Origin: Smithellaceae bacterium
Lineage (GTDB): Bacteria; Desulfobacterota; Syntrophia; Syntrophales; Smithellaceae
DNA length: 64,000 bases
Assembly: GCA_963667845.2 (NCBI GenBank)
Contig: CAXXVL010000002.1
Coordinates: 2,336,001-2,400,000 of the forward strand
Reading direction: 5' to 3'
The notes under the pieces are model-generated. The model was not told the DNA's origin, did not search any database, and saw nothing but the letters and a program-made list of their open reading frames with translations. Of this stretch, positions 1-10,037 are shown one piece after another. How positions within the stretch are numbered: position 1 is the first letter of the stretch; every line of letters starts with the position of its first letter. The translations under genes were made by a program, and so were the position numbers.

Positions 1-735
1 CAGACCGCGCTTGGCGAGGCGGAGATTCTTGTCCGCGATATTTTTCTTCTGGCGCGCCTCCATGAGGGCGGTTTGCGCACGCAGTGTGTCCGCATACTGG
101 CCGATCTCATTTTGATAGCGCAAATCCGCCACCCGCTTATGTTCGCGGGCGTCCTCCACACCCTGTTCGACAGCCCGTTCATATTCCTTGAGGCTCGTGA
201 TCGCGAGACAGGCCTTGATGACCTGAAACGCGATTTCCTCCTTTTTTCTAAGCAATTCGTCTTTCATCGCCCGGGCTTCCGTTTTCGACATTCCTAATCC
301 GACAAAGGCCTTTTGCACAAAAAGAGGCTGTTCCAGTGTCAGCGAGGATTGGAAATCGTTGATGGGATCGGGATGGTTCAAGCGTTCCGGATCGAAATCC
401 TGAGCGGTAATGCGCTCCTGGTTGAGCCTGGACATAAACGCATAACCGGGGTTGGTGGTCCGGAGGTAGCGTTCTTCCACGTAGAGTTTCGGTAAAAGAT
501 GGCTGCGGGCGATGCCGATTTCTTTCTCCTTGGCCGAGGCGTAGCTTTGCCCGGCTTTGATTTCATGGTTATCGGCCAGAGCAGCGCGCACGGCGTCGCT
601 GACGCTCATCCGTCTCTCCGGTATCTTCATCTGAGCCCCGGCCGGAGGGATTGCCGGAAGAAGAAAAAGTAAGCCGGCAATGAGTGCTGGCAGGACAGTC
701 TTTGAGAGTAATATGATGCTCAATGGCGATCGCAT
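1..735 (-). CDS. TolC-family outer membrane efflux protein (N-terminal part; runs off window)
   Basis: Not in ORF track. Manual translation from ATG 735: signal peptide, then SVSDAVRAALADNHEIKA...IARSHLLPKL...LTLEQPLF, typical of OEP/TolC repeats; open to position 1. Confidence 0.85.
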   Translation of the reverse strand, partial: MRSPLSIILLSKTVLPALIAGLLFLLPAIPPAGAQMKIPERRMSVSDAVRAALADNHEIKAGQSYASAKEKEIGIARSHLLPKLYVEERYLRTTNPGYAFMSRLNQERITAQDFDPERLNHPDPINDFQSSLTLEQPLFVQKAFVGLGMSKTEARAMKDELLRKKEEIAFQVIKACLAITSLKEYERAVEQGVEDAREHKRVADLRYQNEIGQYADTLRAQTALMEARQKKNIADKNLRLAKRGL

Positions 736-768
736 ATCCGGTCTCCGCGTGAAAAAATTAAGTAAGTA

Positions 769-963
769 TCAGCACCTGCGGGCAATACCCAGTTTTTCAA
801 GGATGTTTTCCATCAGGCACCACTTTGTGAAGGCCGACTGCAAGAGATTGGCGCCGACAAAAGCGGTAAAGAGCAGCCATGCGGGATGATGGAAATAACC
901 CAGGGCGACGGAGATCAGCACAAATGCGCCCGCAATGGCCCGAATCCAGTCTTCCATTTTCAT
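769..963 (-). CDS. DUF2892/YgaP-like small membrane protein
   Basis: IRAIAGAFVL...FVGANLLQSAFTKWCLMENIL signature; GGGAGG RBS upstream of ATG 963. Confidence 0.85.
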   Translation of the reverse strand: MKMEDWIRAIAGAFVLISVALGYFHHPAWLLFTAFVGANLLQSAFTKWCLMENILEKLGIARRC

Positions 964-1349
964 CGGTTTGTCCCTCCCGTGATCACGTAATTTGATACCT
1001 TCAGTCCTTATCAATTATGATAATATTGAATTTCCCTGTGTCTACTGAAGGGTGAGGAAATTATTGTGTTTTAATACGGCGATTTTGTGTGCGTGGGCAT
1101 CCCATTTCCCTTCCCCATTCCCGCGTGTAGACCGTGTCGCAATTGCGAATTGCCATAAAAGCCTCCTCCTGCTCAGGCCGGCGTCCGGTGTAAGAAATAT
1201 AAAGGTGCGCGGTCGCGTCGCAGCCGCATCCCGTTGCTTTGAAGCATTCTCAAAAAATCATTTGAAGCACGCGGGAATTTCGAGTACATTCAGACAGCGT
1301 TTGTTGATCTGCAGGCAGTTAAACCCTTTTACACGTGAGGAGTAAAATC

Positions 1350-1943
1350 ATGATCAGCTTCAGAATTTTTTCCGATTACATTTGACCCTTCTGCTATATC
1401 GGCAAGGGTCTTGTCGATCAATTGAAAAAGGAATATCCGATTGAGGACCATTGGGTAAGCTACGAGCTGCATCCGGAAACACCGCCCGGGGGCATGCTGC
1501 TTGCCGAGAGATTCAAGGGCCGCGACCTTACGCCGTTTTATGAACAGCTTAACAACCGGGGCAAAGAACTGAACATCGTGTTTAATACCCACGATCTGCT
1601 TTCCAACTCGCGGCTGGCGCTCCTGGCTTCCGAGTATGCCCGCGACGCGGGTGCGTATGAGGCGTTTCATGAAAACATGTTTCACGCCTATTTCACCGAA
1701 GGTTTGGATATCGGCAGCATGGATGTGATTGCCGCAGTTGCGGCAAAAAGCGGTATGGATGGGAAAGAAATTCTTGCCGCCGCCAGCGCTGGCCGCTACG
1801 AATCACGGCTCGATGATGCGAGAAGGGAAGGGGAGTCGCTCGGCCTCACCGGTATCCCCTTGTTTATCGTGAATAATAAATACAAAATCGTCGGCGCCCA
1901 GCCTCTCAACGTCTTCCGCGAGTTTCTTGCCAAGGTGAAGTGA
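1350..1943 (+). CDS. DsbA/FrnE-like thioredoxin-fold selenoprotein (UxxC)
   Basis: ATG 1350 after GAGGAG RBS reads MISFRIFSDYI-UGA(1383-1385)-PFCYIG in frame with ORF 1422..1943 (YELHPETP, GLTGIPLF, GAQP). Confidence 0.9.
1398..1418 (+). promoter_or_regulatory. Putative bacterial SECIS hairpin
   Basis: ATCGGCAAG-GGT-CTTGTCGAT: 9-bp stem (one G-U pair) with G-containing apical loop, 12 nt after the in-frame UGA. Confidence 0.75.
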
Positions 1944-1974
1944 AACTCCGCAGGCAGCTTCGTCTAAAATAGTT
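1773..1974. repeat. 202-bp direct repeat, copy 1 (3' end of dsbA-like gene plus intergenic)
   Basis: Matches 4003..4204 with 10 substitutions, all within 1853-1910. Confidence 0.95.
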
Positions 1975-2152
1975 ATTGGACTGCGATCCTCCTTTCCGGC
2001 AGCTTGTCCAGGCGTCGCTTCTCTGATGCATGATTGTGCGTGGGAACGTAAACCGGATAACCGGTAAAATTGTCAGGGTATCTTTTTTGAGACTCGGGGA
2101 AAGGTTATTGGAATTATGGGAGATCCCTCATCGTCTGCCGGGGGTGCGTGAT

Positions 2153-3892
2153 TCAGGTGATTTCAACCGTGCCGGTCACTACGCGGTTTTTTCCGGCGCG
2201 CTTCGCCTCATACAGAGCCCGGTCCGCTTCCCCGAGAAGGTCTTCCGGATTTTTCCATTCTTCCGGCACGGCGGAGGCAACGCCCATGCTGATGGTTATT
2301 TTCCGGGGATACGGGTCGCCGCCGTTTTCTGCAGCTTCGCTGATTTCCTTTCTGATTTTTTCCGCAATACTGAAGGCGCCCGCGGCGTCCGTATTGGGCA
2401 AAAGCAGGATAAATTCCTCGCCGCCATAGCGAACGGCGAGATCTCCGGTCCGCCTCGTATTTCGTTCCAATACCCGGGCGATGTGCCGCAGGCACTGGTC
2501 TCCTGTTTTATGACCGAATGAATCATTGTAGTGTTTGAAGTTGTCAACGTCGGACATGACGAGCGACAGCGGAGACCGCAGTCTGCGGCAGCGGTTCCAC
2601 TCAGCGTTGAGCGCTTCGTCGAACCTTCTCCTGTTTGCGAGCTTCGTGAGCGGATCAGTTGCCGCGAGAATATGATCGGAGGTATTTTGCCTGATGAGAG
2701 CAACCGATAAGAAGAGCAGGGTGACCAGGAAGGACAGCGGAATCAGCCATTCTCCATAGGGGGGATAGGGCAGCATGCCGTTGATCCGGAAGAAATCGTA
2801 TACGGAAACGCAGTGCGCGACGACCCACCCGACAGCGAAATATCCTGCGTTTCCGAGCCCTTTGCGCCAGAAATAGAAAGCAAGACCAATGGAAAAAACG
2901 GGATTCACAACGATCAGGATCAGAGAGCATACAGTGACCAATGGGCTCTGTACTAGAGCGAGCACGACGAACACAAGGCTTAGATATTGGAAAGCCATCA
3001 TGATCCGGTCATGAAATTTCGAATGATCCTTCAGGGCAAGGAATGAGCGGAAGAACTTTGCTCCGCTGAAATAGAGTCCGCCGATAAATAAAACCTGCAA
3101 AATGCCGCTTATGGGAACCATTTCGTCGGGTAAGATCAGGCGCAGAAAACCGCCCCTCACCGCCATATGCAGGCCGAAAAAAATGCTGTACAGGCATAAC
3201 CAGAAACTGGTTTCCCGATGCAGGAAGGACCTCGTGCTCATGAAATAAATCAGGACCAGCGCAAGAAATCCAAACAGGGCTCCGTAGATCGAATAATCAC
3301 GGATGGCTTTGCGGGAAATTTCCTGATCCGACAGGATCCGCAGGGGAAGGGTCATTCCCGATGTTGATTGCGCCCGCAGATAGACCGTCATGGTCTCGTT
3401 CGGTCCGATGGTGAGGGGAAACAGGAAATGACGGTCGGGCACAACACTCTCAGAAGCAGGAACGGTGCTTCCCGCATGCATTGCATCATATTCGCCGCGT
3501 GAGTTTTCCAGATACACGAAGATGGAATTCATTACCGGATATTCGAAGGAAATATAGAAATTCTGTGGCATCTCCATCCGGTTGGCCAGTGAGAAGCGGA
3601 GCCATACGGCCGATCGGGTGAAGCCGAGGTTAGGTATTCGCGAAGAGACTGTCGGGGTCCAACCGGTTCGATCGGCGACTTGCTGTATAGTCAGTCCTGC
3701 GCTCTGATCGATAAAGATTTCCAGATATCCCGATAAATCATAAGAGGGGTTGTTCTTGAGGATCAGTGCGGTGCCGGGAGCTGCCTGTGCGACATTCAAT
3801 GCCAGCACGAGCCATATCAACTGCAGCAAAATCCACTTGGCGGGCGACCTCAAGATCCATCTTGATGGGTTCATTGTTTTCTTAGCGGGCAT
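2153..3892 (-). CDS. 7TM-DISM sensor diguanylate cyclase (7TMR-DISMED2, 7TM, GGDEF)
   Basis: PNLGFTRSAVWLRF extracellular motif, multiple TM helices, DPLTKLANRR, DVDNFKHYND, RYGGEEF, RxxD I-site (RTGD). Confidence 0.92.
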   Translation of the reverse strand: MPAKKTMNPSRWILRSPAKWILLQLIWLVLALNVAQAAPGTALILKNNPSYDLSGYLEIFIDQSAGLTIQQVADRTGWTPTVSSRIPNLGFTRSAVWLRFSLANRMEMPQNFYISFEYPVMNSIFVYLENSRGEYDAMHAGSTVPASESVVPDRHFLFPLTIGPNETMTVYLRAQSTSGMTLPLRILSDQEISRKAIRDYSIYGALFGFLALVLIYFMSTRSFLHRETSFWLCLYSIFFGLHMAVRGGFLRLILPDEMVPISGILQVLFIGGLYFSGAKFFRSFLALKDHSKFHDRIMMAFQYLSLVFVVLALVQSPLVTVCSLILIVVNPVFSIGLAFYFWRKGLGNAGYFAVGWVVAHCVSVYDFFRINGMLPYPPYGEWLIPLSFLVTLLFLSVALIRQNTSDHILAATDPLTKLANRRRFDEALNAEWNRCRRLRSPLSLVMSDVDNFKHYNDSFGHKTGDQCLRHIARVLERNTRRTGDLAVRYGGEEFILLLPNTDAAGAFSIAEKIRKEISEAAENGGDPYPRKITISMGVASAVPEEWKNPEDLLGEADRALYEAKRAGKNRVVTGTVEIT

Positions 3893-4002
3893 CTGATAAA
3901 AAGTAGCTGTCTTTTTGCTGATCTATAAGGAACTCATGGTTCCCTGTCAAGGAAATTCTGGGCAAATGATTACGATGATGTACGTGAAAACAGAAGGATA
4001 GG

Positions 4003-4204
4003 CTTGCCGCCGCCAGCGCTGGCCGCTACGAATCACGGCTCGATGATGCGAGAAGGGAAGGGGAGTCGCTCGGCCTCACCGGCATCCCCCTGTTTATCGT
4101 AAACAACAAATACAAGATCACCGGCGCCCAGCCGCTCAATGTCTTCCGCGAGTTTCTTGCCAAGGTGAAGTGAAACTCCGCAGGCAGCTTCGTCTAAAAT
4201 AGTT
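4003..4204. repeat. 202-bp direct repeat, copy 2 (orphan 3' fragment of dsbA-like gene)
   Basis: Duplicate of 1773..1974; overlaps the stop of the MBL gene. Confidence 0.95.
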
Positions 4205-5282
4205 TTTTGACTTTGATCTCGTTGCTGTTTGCCGGCAGGCTGATCAGCATTCCGTCGACGCCTATGGTTATGGGGCCTCGGTAATATTTTTTTGCATCGC
4301 CCAGGAATACGTGATGCAGGATAAAAGAAGAGGGCAGCGGCGGAAGGATATGGTAGAGCATTAAATACTTGACTCCCGCTTCTCGGGCGATTTTCGCGGC
4401 ATCTTCAGGAGTGGAGTGATAACCGGGGATATCAGCGGTTATCTTGCCCATCCGCGCATTGGAAGACGCCCGGTATTCTTCATTCATCATCTTCAATATA
4501 GAAGCCTGGCTGGCTTCATGGAGCAGCATGTCGGCGCCCCGCGAATGTCTTATCAACGATTCGGAATAGGCCGTGTCCCCGCTCACCACCAGTGACCTTC
4601 CGTGGTAGTCAAAACGGTATCCCACGGCAGGGACCACCGGCTTGTGATCCACCTTAAACGCGGTAATCCGGACACCGTCTTTATCCATCACGACAACGGA
4701 AGCATCTTTTTCGGCGGACAATTTAAAGGGTCGGGCCCTCCCGCCTGCACCCGATGCCGGGAAAAGGTTATCGCTGTGATGTTTGGCCCGATAGCCGGCA
4801 TCCTGTTGAAAGGCCAGATTGAATCCGCGAACGACAGATTCCACGCCTTCCGGCCCGATCACATCCACCGGTTGATCATGGAGATCGTTGGCCCAGCGCT
4901 GCAGCATGATATTTCCCAGGCCCGCGATATGGTCCGAGTGAAAATGCGTGAGCAGGACCGCCTCGATTTTGCCCGCCGGGAGGCCGGAAAGTATAATATT
5001 TCTGACGCTGCCGTCACCGGCATCGACAATGTAAAGGTGTTTTCCCGCGATGACGGCGATGCACGGTTCCACCCGTTCCATATCCGGGAGCGGTGTGCCC
5101 GTTCCGCAAAGAACGGCATAGAGTCCGTCGTGAAATGAGAGATGTTGCCGGGCAATCTTTTGCCGGACAACCTGTATGGTTATGGCCGTAAAGATGGGTT
5201 TCGAGAAAATCAGAACGCTCAAGAGCAGAATGACGACAAGCGAAATGGTAGCGATCGTTTTTTTATATTTGAAAATATTCAC
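4194..5282 (-). CDS. Membrane-anchored MBL-fold metallo-hydrolase (RNase Z/AtsA-like)
   Basis: LCGTGTP, VDAG, THFHSDH, VSGDT, LHEA, YHST, LYHI motifs; N-terminal TM. Confidence 0.88.
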   Translation of the reverse strand: MNIFKYKKTIATISLVVILLLSVLIFSKPIFTAITIQVVRQKIARQHLSFHDGLYAVLCGTGTPLPDMERVEPCIAVIAGKHLYIVDAGDGSVRNIILSGLPAGKIEAVLLTHFHSDHIAGLGNIMLQRWANDLHDQPVDVIGPEGVESVVRGFNLAFQQDAGYRAKHHSDNLFPASGAGGRARPFKLSAEKDASVVVMDKDGVRITAFKVDHKPVVPAVGYRFDYHGRSLVVSGDTAYSESLIRHSRGADMLLHEASQASILKMMNEEYRASSNARMGKITADIPGYHSTPEDAAKIAREAGVKYLMLYHILPPLPSSFILHHVFLGDAKKYYRGPITIGVDGMLISLPANSNEIKVKKLF

Positions 5283-5303
5283 AAAACATCAACCCTCCCG
5301 AAT

Positions 5304-6149
5304 TCATTTTCCTTTTCTCTTTTCCAATAGGCCCATCATCTTTTGGGCGACTTCGGCTCCGGCATTTTGATTCTGGCCGGTGACGATGGTTCCGTCGATG
5401 ACGACGTGGTTGGCAAAGACGTCCCGAAAAGCGGTCTTGCTTTCAAACAAAGCGCCGGCGGCTCGAAGTTCCCTTTCCGGATGTTGGGGGGTAATGGTGA
5501 TGTCCAGTTCCCGCACCTGCTTGTCCGTTACTGCAGTCATCCGCCGACTCTTGACCAGAGGGTTGCCGTTTTTATCTTTGGCCTTCAGAAATCCCAGTGC
5601 TCCGTGACAGACGCTGCCCAGGATAACGTCCGCGGCATAGGCTTCACTTATCTTTTTGCCCAGGGCGTCCGAAGGGCCCAGATCATAGGCCGCGCCCCAG
5701 CCACCCGCCAGATAGATGATGTCGTAGCCCCTGAAATCAATTGTGTCGATCTTTAAAGAACCGGAGGTCTTCGCTTTGAAACCGCCATCTGCCAGGAAGC
5801 GTTTGTCCGCGGAGGTCGCGAGCGGCCACCTGAGGGATAGCGGTTCAATGGGGATATCTCCTCCCTGGATACTGGCCACATCAACGGCCATCCCCGCATC
5901 GAGGAACTCATAATAAGGTACGGTCATCTCGGAGGCGTAAACGCCGGTCTTCTTTCCGGTGTCACCCAATACGCCGTGGCTGGTGGTAATGATCAACGCT
6001 TTTTTGCCGGTAAGAGCGAACTTCTGTCCGTTGTAGTGCGGGTGCAGCCCGATCAAATTTAGCAGTAACGGCAGAAAAAAATAGACGACAAGCACAAGCG
6101 CAATGCATGAAGCGATAATAATCAATAATCCTTTTTTGTTCATATCCAT
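5304..6149 (-). CDS. DJ-1/PfpI (class I glutamine amidotransferase-like, Hsp31-like) protein
   Basis: TGVYASEMTVPY, AGGWGA, SVCHG nucleophile elbow, VTGQNQ; start likely 6149 or 6143 rather than 6266. Confidence 0.85.
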   Translation of the reverse strand: MDMNKKGLLIIIASCIALVLVVYFFLPLLLNLIGLHPHYNGQKFALTGKKALIITTSHGVLGDTGKKTGVYASEMTVPYYEFLDAGMAVDVASIQGGDIPIEPLSLRWPLATSADKRFLADGGFKAKTSGSLKIDTIDFRGYDIIYLAGGWGAAYDLGPSDALGKKISEAYAADVILGSVCHGALGFLKAKDKNGNPLVKSRRMTAVTDKQVRELDITITPQHPERELRAAGALFESKTAFRDVFANHVVIDGTIVTGQNQNAGAEVAQKMMGLLEKRKGK

Positions 6150-6449
6150 CCCTTCGGCTGAGCGTTCAAACCACAATGCTGCTCTCGTGTTCTTCCGGGT
6201 AAAGATATAACAGATAACTTCAGAAATAGTTAGGGCGTCTTTTCCTCTTTTCGCCGTGCCGGCCAAGGAGGAAACTGTTATGTCGACTGAAAGGAGACAT
6301 CCACTTTATCTTCCCTCCCCCAGTGGGAGGGATTGAGAGAGGGGGAGTTTTTCGTCATACCGGCCCGACATACGCTGGGTAAACTCCGGCCCGAAGCCCA
6401 GCTTACATCGTGGTATCCGTAGTGGTTGGCTCTTTCCTAAAATGTGTGT

Positions 6450-7094
6450 CAGTTGAAGGGGCATCCAAACACTCCGAATGCCCTGCAACTGTGGCTCTAA
6501 GCTCACTCGCGACAGCTGAAAACTCGCCCTGCGGGCTCAAACAGTTCGGCTGTCTTATGCTCCATTTCGCCAAGAGCCACAACGTCTCGGGCATATTCGC
6601 TCACGTGAAGCCCCGGTTCAACAGCGAGTATTTTGATTCTTCCTACTTATGCTGTCAGTGATCGTAAAGGAAAATTATTCGTTTCCCCCCTTTCCGGGGA
6701 GGGATTGAGGGTAAAAAATCCAGCTTTTTTATTCCCTCCGTGCGCCCTTCATGGTGCAAAGGCCGGAATCAGAGATGAAACAATAATAATGTGGCGTTTG
6801 CGCAGGAGCATTCCATATGCTCAAAATGCCCTGCAACTGTGGCTCTACGCTCACTCTGCGACAGCCGAAAACTCGCCCTGCGGGCTCAAACAGTTCATCC
6901 ACCTGATTCCATTTAAATCAAAGATGATATCGCGGCGGCTAGGAGGAGGCTCCGCAGGCGTATTATGAATACGCTGAGGAAGCCGACGATGACGCCAACA
7001 AAGATAGCGCTTTGATTTAAAAGGAATGCTCCGTTTCGCCGAGAGCCACGACATTTCGGTCATCATCGTCGCTTATTGTATGCCCCTTCAACTG
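6450..7094. mobile_element. Non-coding composite repeat element bounded by perfect 15-bp inverted repeats
   Basis: CAGTTGAAGGGGCAT (6450-6464) / ATGCCCCTTCAACTG (7080-7094); contains two copies of a palindromic unit (from 6477 and from 6825). Confidence 0.6.
6906..7027. repeat. ~120-bp palindromic (MITE/REP-like) element nested in second unit
   Basis: 18-bp terminal IR ATTCCATTTAAATCAAAG / CTTTGATTTAAAAGGAAT (1 mismatch); core AGGCGTAT..ATACG.TGAG shared with 45665..45786. Confidence 0.75.
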
Positions 7095-7280
7095 CCGTTT
7101 TGATCACTGGTTTCGCCGATGCCGCGGTGATTCTTTGATCTTTATGTGAAAACTGTTTGAAGTGAACCTGCTTTGCGCATATAATACGCCCTGCAATCAC
7201 TCAACAAACAAGGAACTTTGACAGAAACCATCATCTTTAAATTTCGCAAACGGCATAATAATTGAAGTTTGGAGGCTGCA

Positions 7281-7940
7281 ATGATAAGAAAAACACCATT
7301 AACCTTTATCGTTTTATTCTGTTTCGCATTCACATCATTTGCCGCAGAGCTGGCACCGATCAAGCTTCCGCCGCCGGATATGAAAGGGGGGAAGCCGCTG
7401 ATGCAGTGTTTGGCCGAGAGGCATACAAACCGGGCGATCAGTCCGAAAAAGCTTCCTGAGGACGTCCTTTCTAATCTGCTGTGGGCGGCTTTCGGCATCA
7501 ACCGGCCCGAGAGCGGCAAGCGCACGGCCCCATCCGCCGTCAACTGGCAGGAAATTGATATTTATGTGGCGATGGAAGAAGGACTCTATCTCTATAACGC
7601 CAAAACACACGCCCTTGATCCGGTGCTGAAGAACGATCTGCGCAAGGAAACAACGAGGTTCATTCAGCCCTCGCGGAGCGCAGTCGCGGGAGCCCCGCTG
7701 CAGCTGATTTACGTGGCCGATCACTCCAAAGTGAGCTTCGGCGTCAGCGACGACGACAGGAAGCTATACACGGCGGCGGACACGGGTTTCATTGCCCAAA
7801 ATGTTTACCTGTATTGCGCTTCGGCGGGCCTCGCTTCTGTTGTGCGAGGCCTGGTCGATCGGGATGGTCTGTCCAAAAGCATGAAGCTTCGCGACAAGCA
7901 GCATATCATCCTGGTTCAGGCGGTTGGCTATCCGCAATAA
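7281..7940 (+). CDS. Nitroreductase family protein (SagB/ThcOx-like), exported
   Basis: IKLPPP, LSNLLWAAFGINR, RTAPSA, DTGFIAQNVYL; GGAGG RBS at 7271. Confidence 0.88.
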   Translation: MIRKTPLTFIVLFCFAFTSFAAELAPIKLPPPDMKGGKPLMQCLAERHTNRAISPKKLPEDVLSNLLWAAFGINRPESGKRTAPSAVNWQEIDIYVAMEEGLYLYNAKTHALDPVLKNDLRKETTRFIQPSRSAVAGAPLQLIYVADHSKVSFGVSDDDRKLYTAADTGFIAQNVYLYCASAGLASVVRGLVDRDGLSKSMKLRDKQHIILVQAVGYPQ

Positions 7941-8007
7941 ATTAACGTCTCACGTTGAAAAGACATGGCGGCTATCCGTCATGTTATCACACGCTACGGA
8001 AGGTCTT

Positions 8008-8682
8008 ATGCAGAAGATATTTATTCCCTTATTCCTTTTTTTGTTTTTGACGGCAGTTTCTCTAAATTCTGTTTTTGCTCAAAGCAATTTACTTCCCAAG
8101 TATGGTTCAAAACAAAAAAATGATGCGCAGCTGACGGCGGATAAGAAGTTTCTGGCTGACATCGATCAATATTATAAGGGCGATCGTAAGAAAGCCGCCG
8201 AGGATACCGCGTCCCGAGGCTGGCAGTCGTTTCGGCAGGGCGATACGGAGACAGCCATGAAACGCTTCAATCAGGCGTGGCTGATCGATAATATGAATGG
8301 GACTGCTCTCTGGGGGATGGCGGCTATCGAGGGAAAGGCGGGAAAAATGAAAGAGTCTTTGCAACTGTTTTCTGAAGCCGAACAGTACAAAGCAAATGAT
8401 ATCGATTTTGCAGTGGACCACACTCGCGCGATAGGGTTTGCAGGTTTAGCAGATAGCAATGAATCCCTCATAAAAGACGCATTAACCCGCTTCGATCGGC
8501 TATACAAGAGAGCGCCGCAGCATGTATTGAATTTGCAGAACTGGGCAATTGTTTTATTTTATACGGGCGACTATGCCGGGGCATGGAAAAAGATAAAGCT
8601 GGTTGAAGCCGCTCCCCGGGCAGGTGAACTGGATAAGAACTTTGTTGCTGCGTTGGAAAAGAAGATGCCAAGGCCCAGGTAA
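8008..8682 (+). CDS. Exported TPR-repeat protein
   Basis: Signal peptide; GW...GD.ETAMKRFNQAWLID TPR-like helices. Confidence 0.7.
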   Translation: MQKIFIPLFLFLFLTAVSLNSVFAQSNLLPKYGSKQKNDAQLTADKKFLADIDQYYKGDRKKAAEDTASRGWQSFRQGDTETAMKRFNQAWLIDNMNGTALWGMAAIEGKAGKMKESLQLFSEAEQYKANDIDFAVDHTRAIGFAGLADSNESLIKDALTRFDRLYKRAPQHVLNLQNWAIVLFYTGDYAGAWKKIKLVEAAPRAGELDKNFVAALEKKMPRPR

Positions 8683-8869
8683 GAAAATGCTTATCCAGCT
8701 ATTTTCGGGCTGGTCCGTGAAATTATTGCCGGACTGAACATGAAATGGTTCCGGCTGGAGCGGTGGGCTATCCGCAGTGATGCACTGAAATTAGCGGCAA
8801 AGCAAGATAAAGCGGGCAGGCAATGCACGCCGCAAAAGACGTTGCGCTTACTTCGCATAAAAAAAGGAG

Positions 8870-9670
8870 ATGACCGTGGAGTATAAGAATCTGATCGTGG
8901 AAAAAAATGAGGGAGTCGCGGTTGTTACGCTGAACCGGCCTGCGGCCAATAATACCCTGAGCGTCGATCTCATGCAGGAATTGGAAGTCCTGGCGGATGA
9001 ATTTCAATCCGACCTGCAAACCAGGGCCGTTGTGTTTACCGGAGCCGGCAAGCATTTCTCTCTGGGCGCCGATGTGACGGATCCGAAGCATCTGGAGATT
9101 TCCACGGGGCCGGTCCTGAAACGGTATCGGGGCTTTTCCATCGGGCCAAGGATGATCGCCAAGCTAAATGGGATTCCCCAGATTACGATCGCCGCGATCA
9201 ACGGGATTTGCCTCGGCGGGGGGACCTGCATCGCGTCGGCGCTGGATTTCCGCCTGGGTGCGGACAACTGCCGGTGCGGATTGCCCGAAAACAATCTGGG
9301 CATGAATTTGAGCTGGCTTGGCCTCCCGTTGATTGTCAATCTGATTGGTCCCGCCAAAGCAAAGCGCTTTGTGATTCTCGGCAAGAATGAAACCGCGCAA
9401 ACGCTTTATGATTGGGGGTGGCTCGATGAAGTTGTCCCGGCCGATCAGTTAAGGGAACGCGCCCTGGAAATGGCGAAAACTTATGCCGCAAAAGCGCCGC
9501 TGACCACGCAGATGATCAAACGCAGCGTCAATACCTTGGCTCAGGCGCTGGATCAACCCATCATGCACATGGATTCGGACCAGTATATTCTTGCCAGCAT
9601 GACGGAGGATTTCACGGAGGGGATCACGGCGCTTATGGAGCGACGAAAACCCGTATTCAAAGGGAAGTAA
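8870..9670 (+). CDS. Enoyl-CoA hydratase/isomerase (crotonase) family
   Basis: VTLNRP, FSLGAD, IAAINGICLGGG, LPE, C-terminal EGITALMERRKPVFKGK. Confidence 0.92.
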   Translation: MTVEYKNLIVEKNEGVAVVTLNRPAANNTLSVDLMQELEVLADEFQSDLQTRAVVFTGAGKHFSLGADVTDPKHLEISTGPVLKRYRGFSIGPRMIAKLNGIPQITIAAINGICLGGGTCIASALDFRLGADNCRCGLPENNLGMNLSWLGLPLIVNLIGPAKAKRFVILGKNETAQTLYDWGWLDEVVPADQLRERALEMAKTYAAKAPLTTQMIKRSVNTLAQALDQPIMHMDSDQYILASMTEDFTEGITALMERRKPVFKGK

Positions 9671-10037
9671 AAATGAAATGTCAGAGCGGGAGGCAAGCCC
9701 GCTTTGACGAAATCTTTCTGCAAAATCGTCTTTCCAGGAATCGCCCCGCCTATGCCTTAAGGTTTACGGACTTCCATGCGGCTGAAATTCTCACTCCCCG
9801 GAAAGTGAATAACTGCATCTTGATCGCGGCTCAATACATCACTGTCGGCGGATGAAGAAACCTCCGTGCGGTTTTTTATAAAATACAATGACTTTGTCGC
9901 TGGTAGTATTTACCTGTCGATTGCCTCACGTTTATTCCATATTGTGACTTTTACGCAAACATTTAAAATTTAATCCAAAGAAAATGGTGCTGACTTTGTA
10001 AGGCCAATCGGTTCACGTCCACTATGAGGAGGTGCCC

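Noticed and set aside
6306..7066. Several 60-110 aa ORFs
   Set aside because: They lie over palindromic repeats and share repeat-derived peptides (ATAENSPCGLKQF); no coding signal
7251..7266. Sigma54 promoter candidates (also near 9985)
   Set aside because: The -12 element is TTGA or TTGT rather than TTGC; too weak to call
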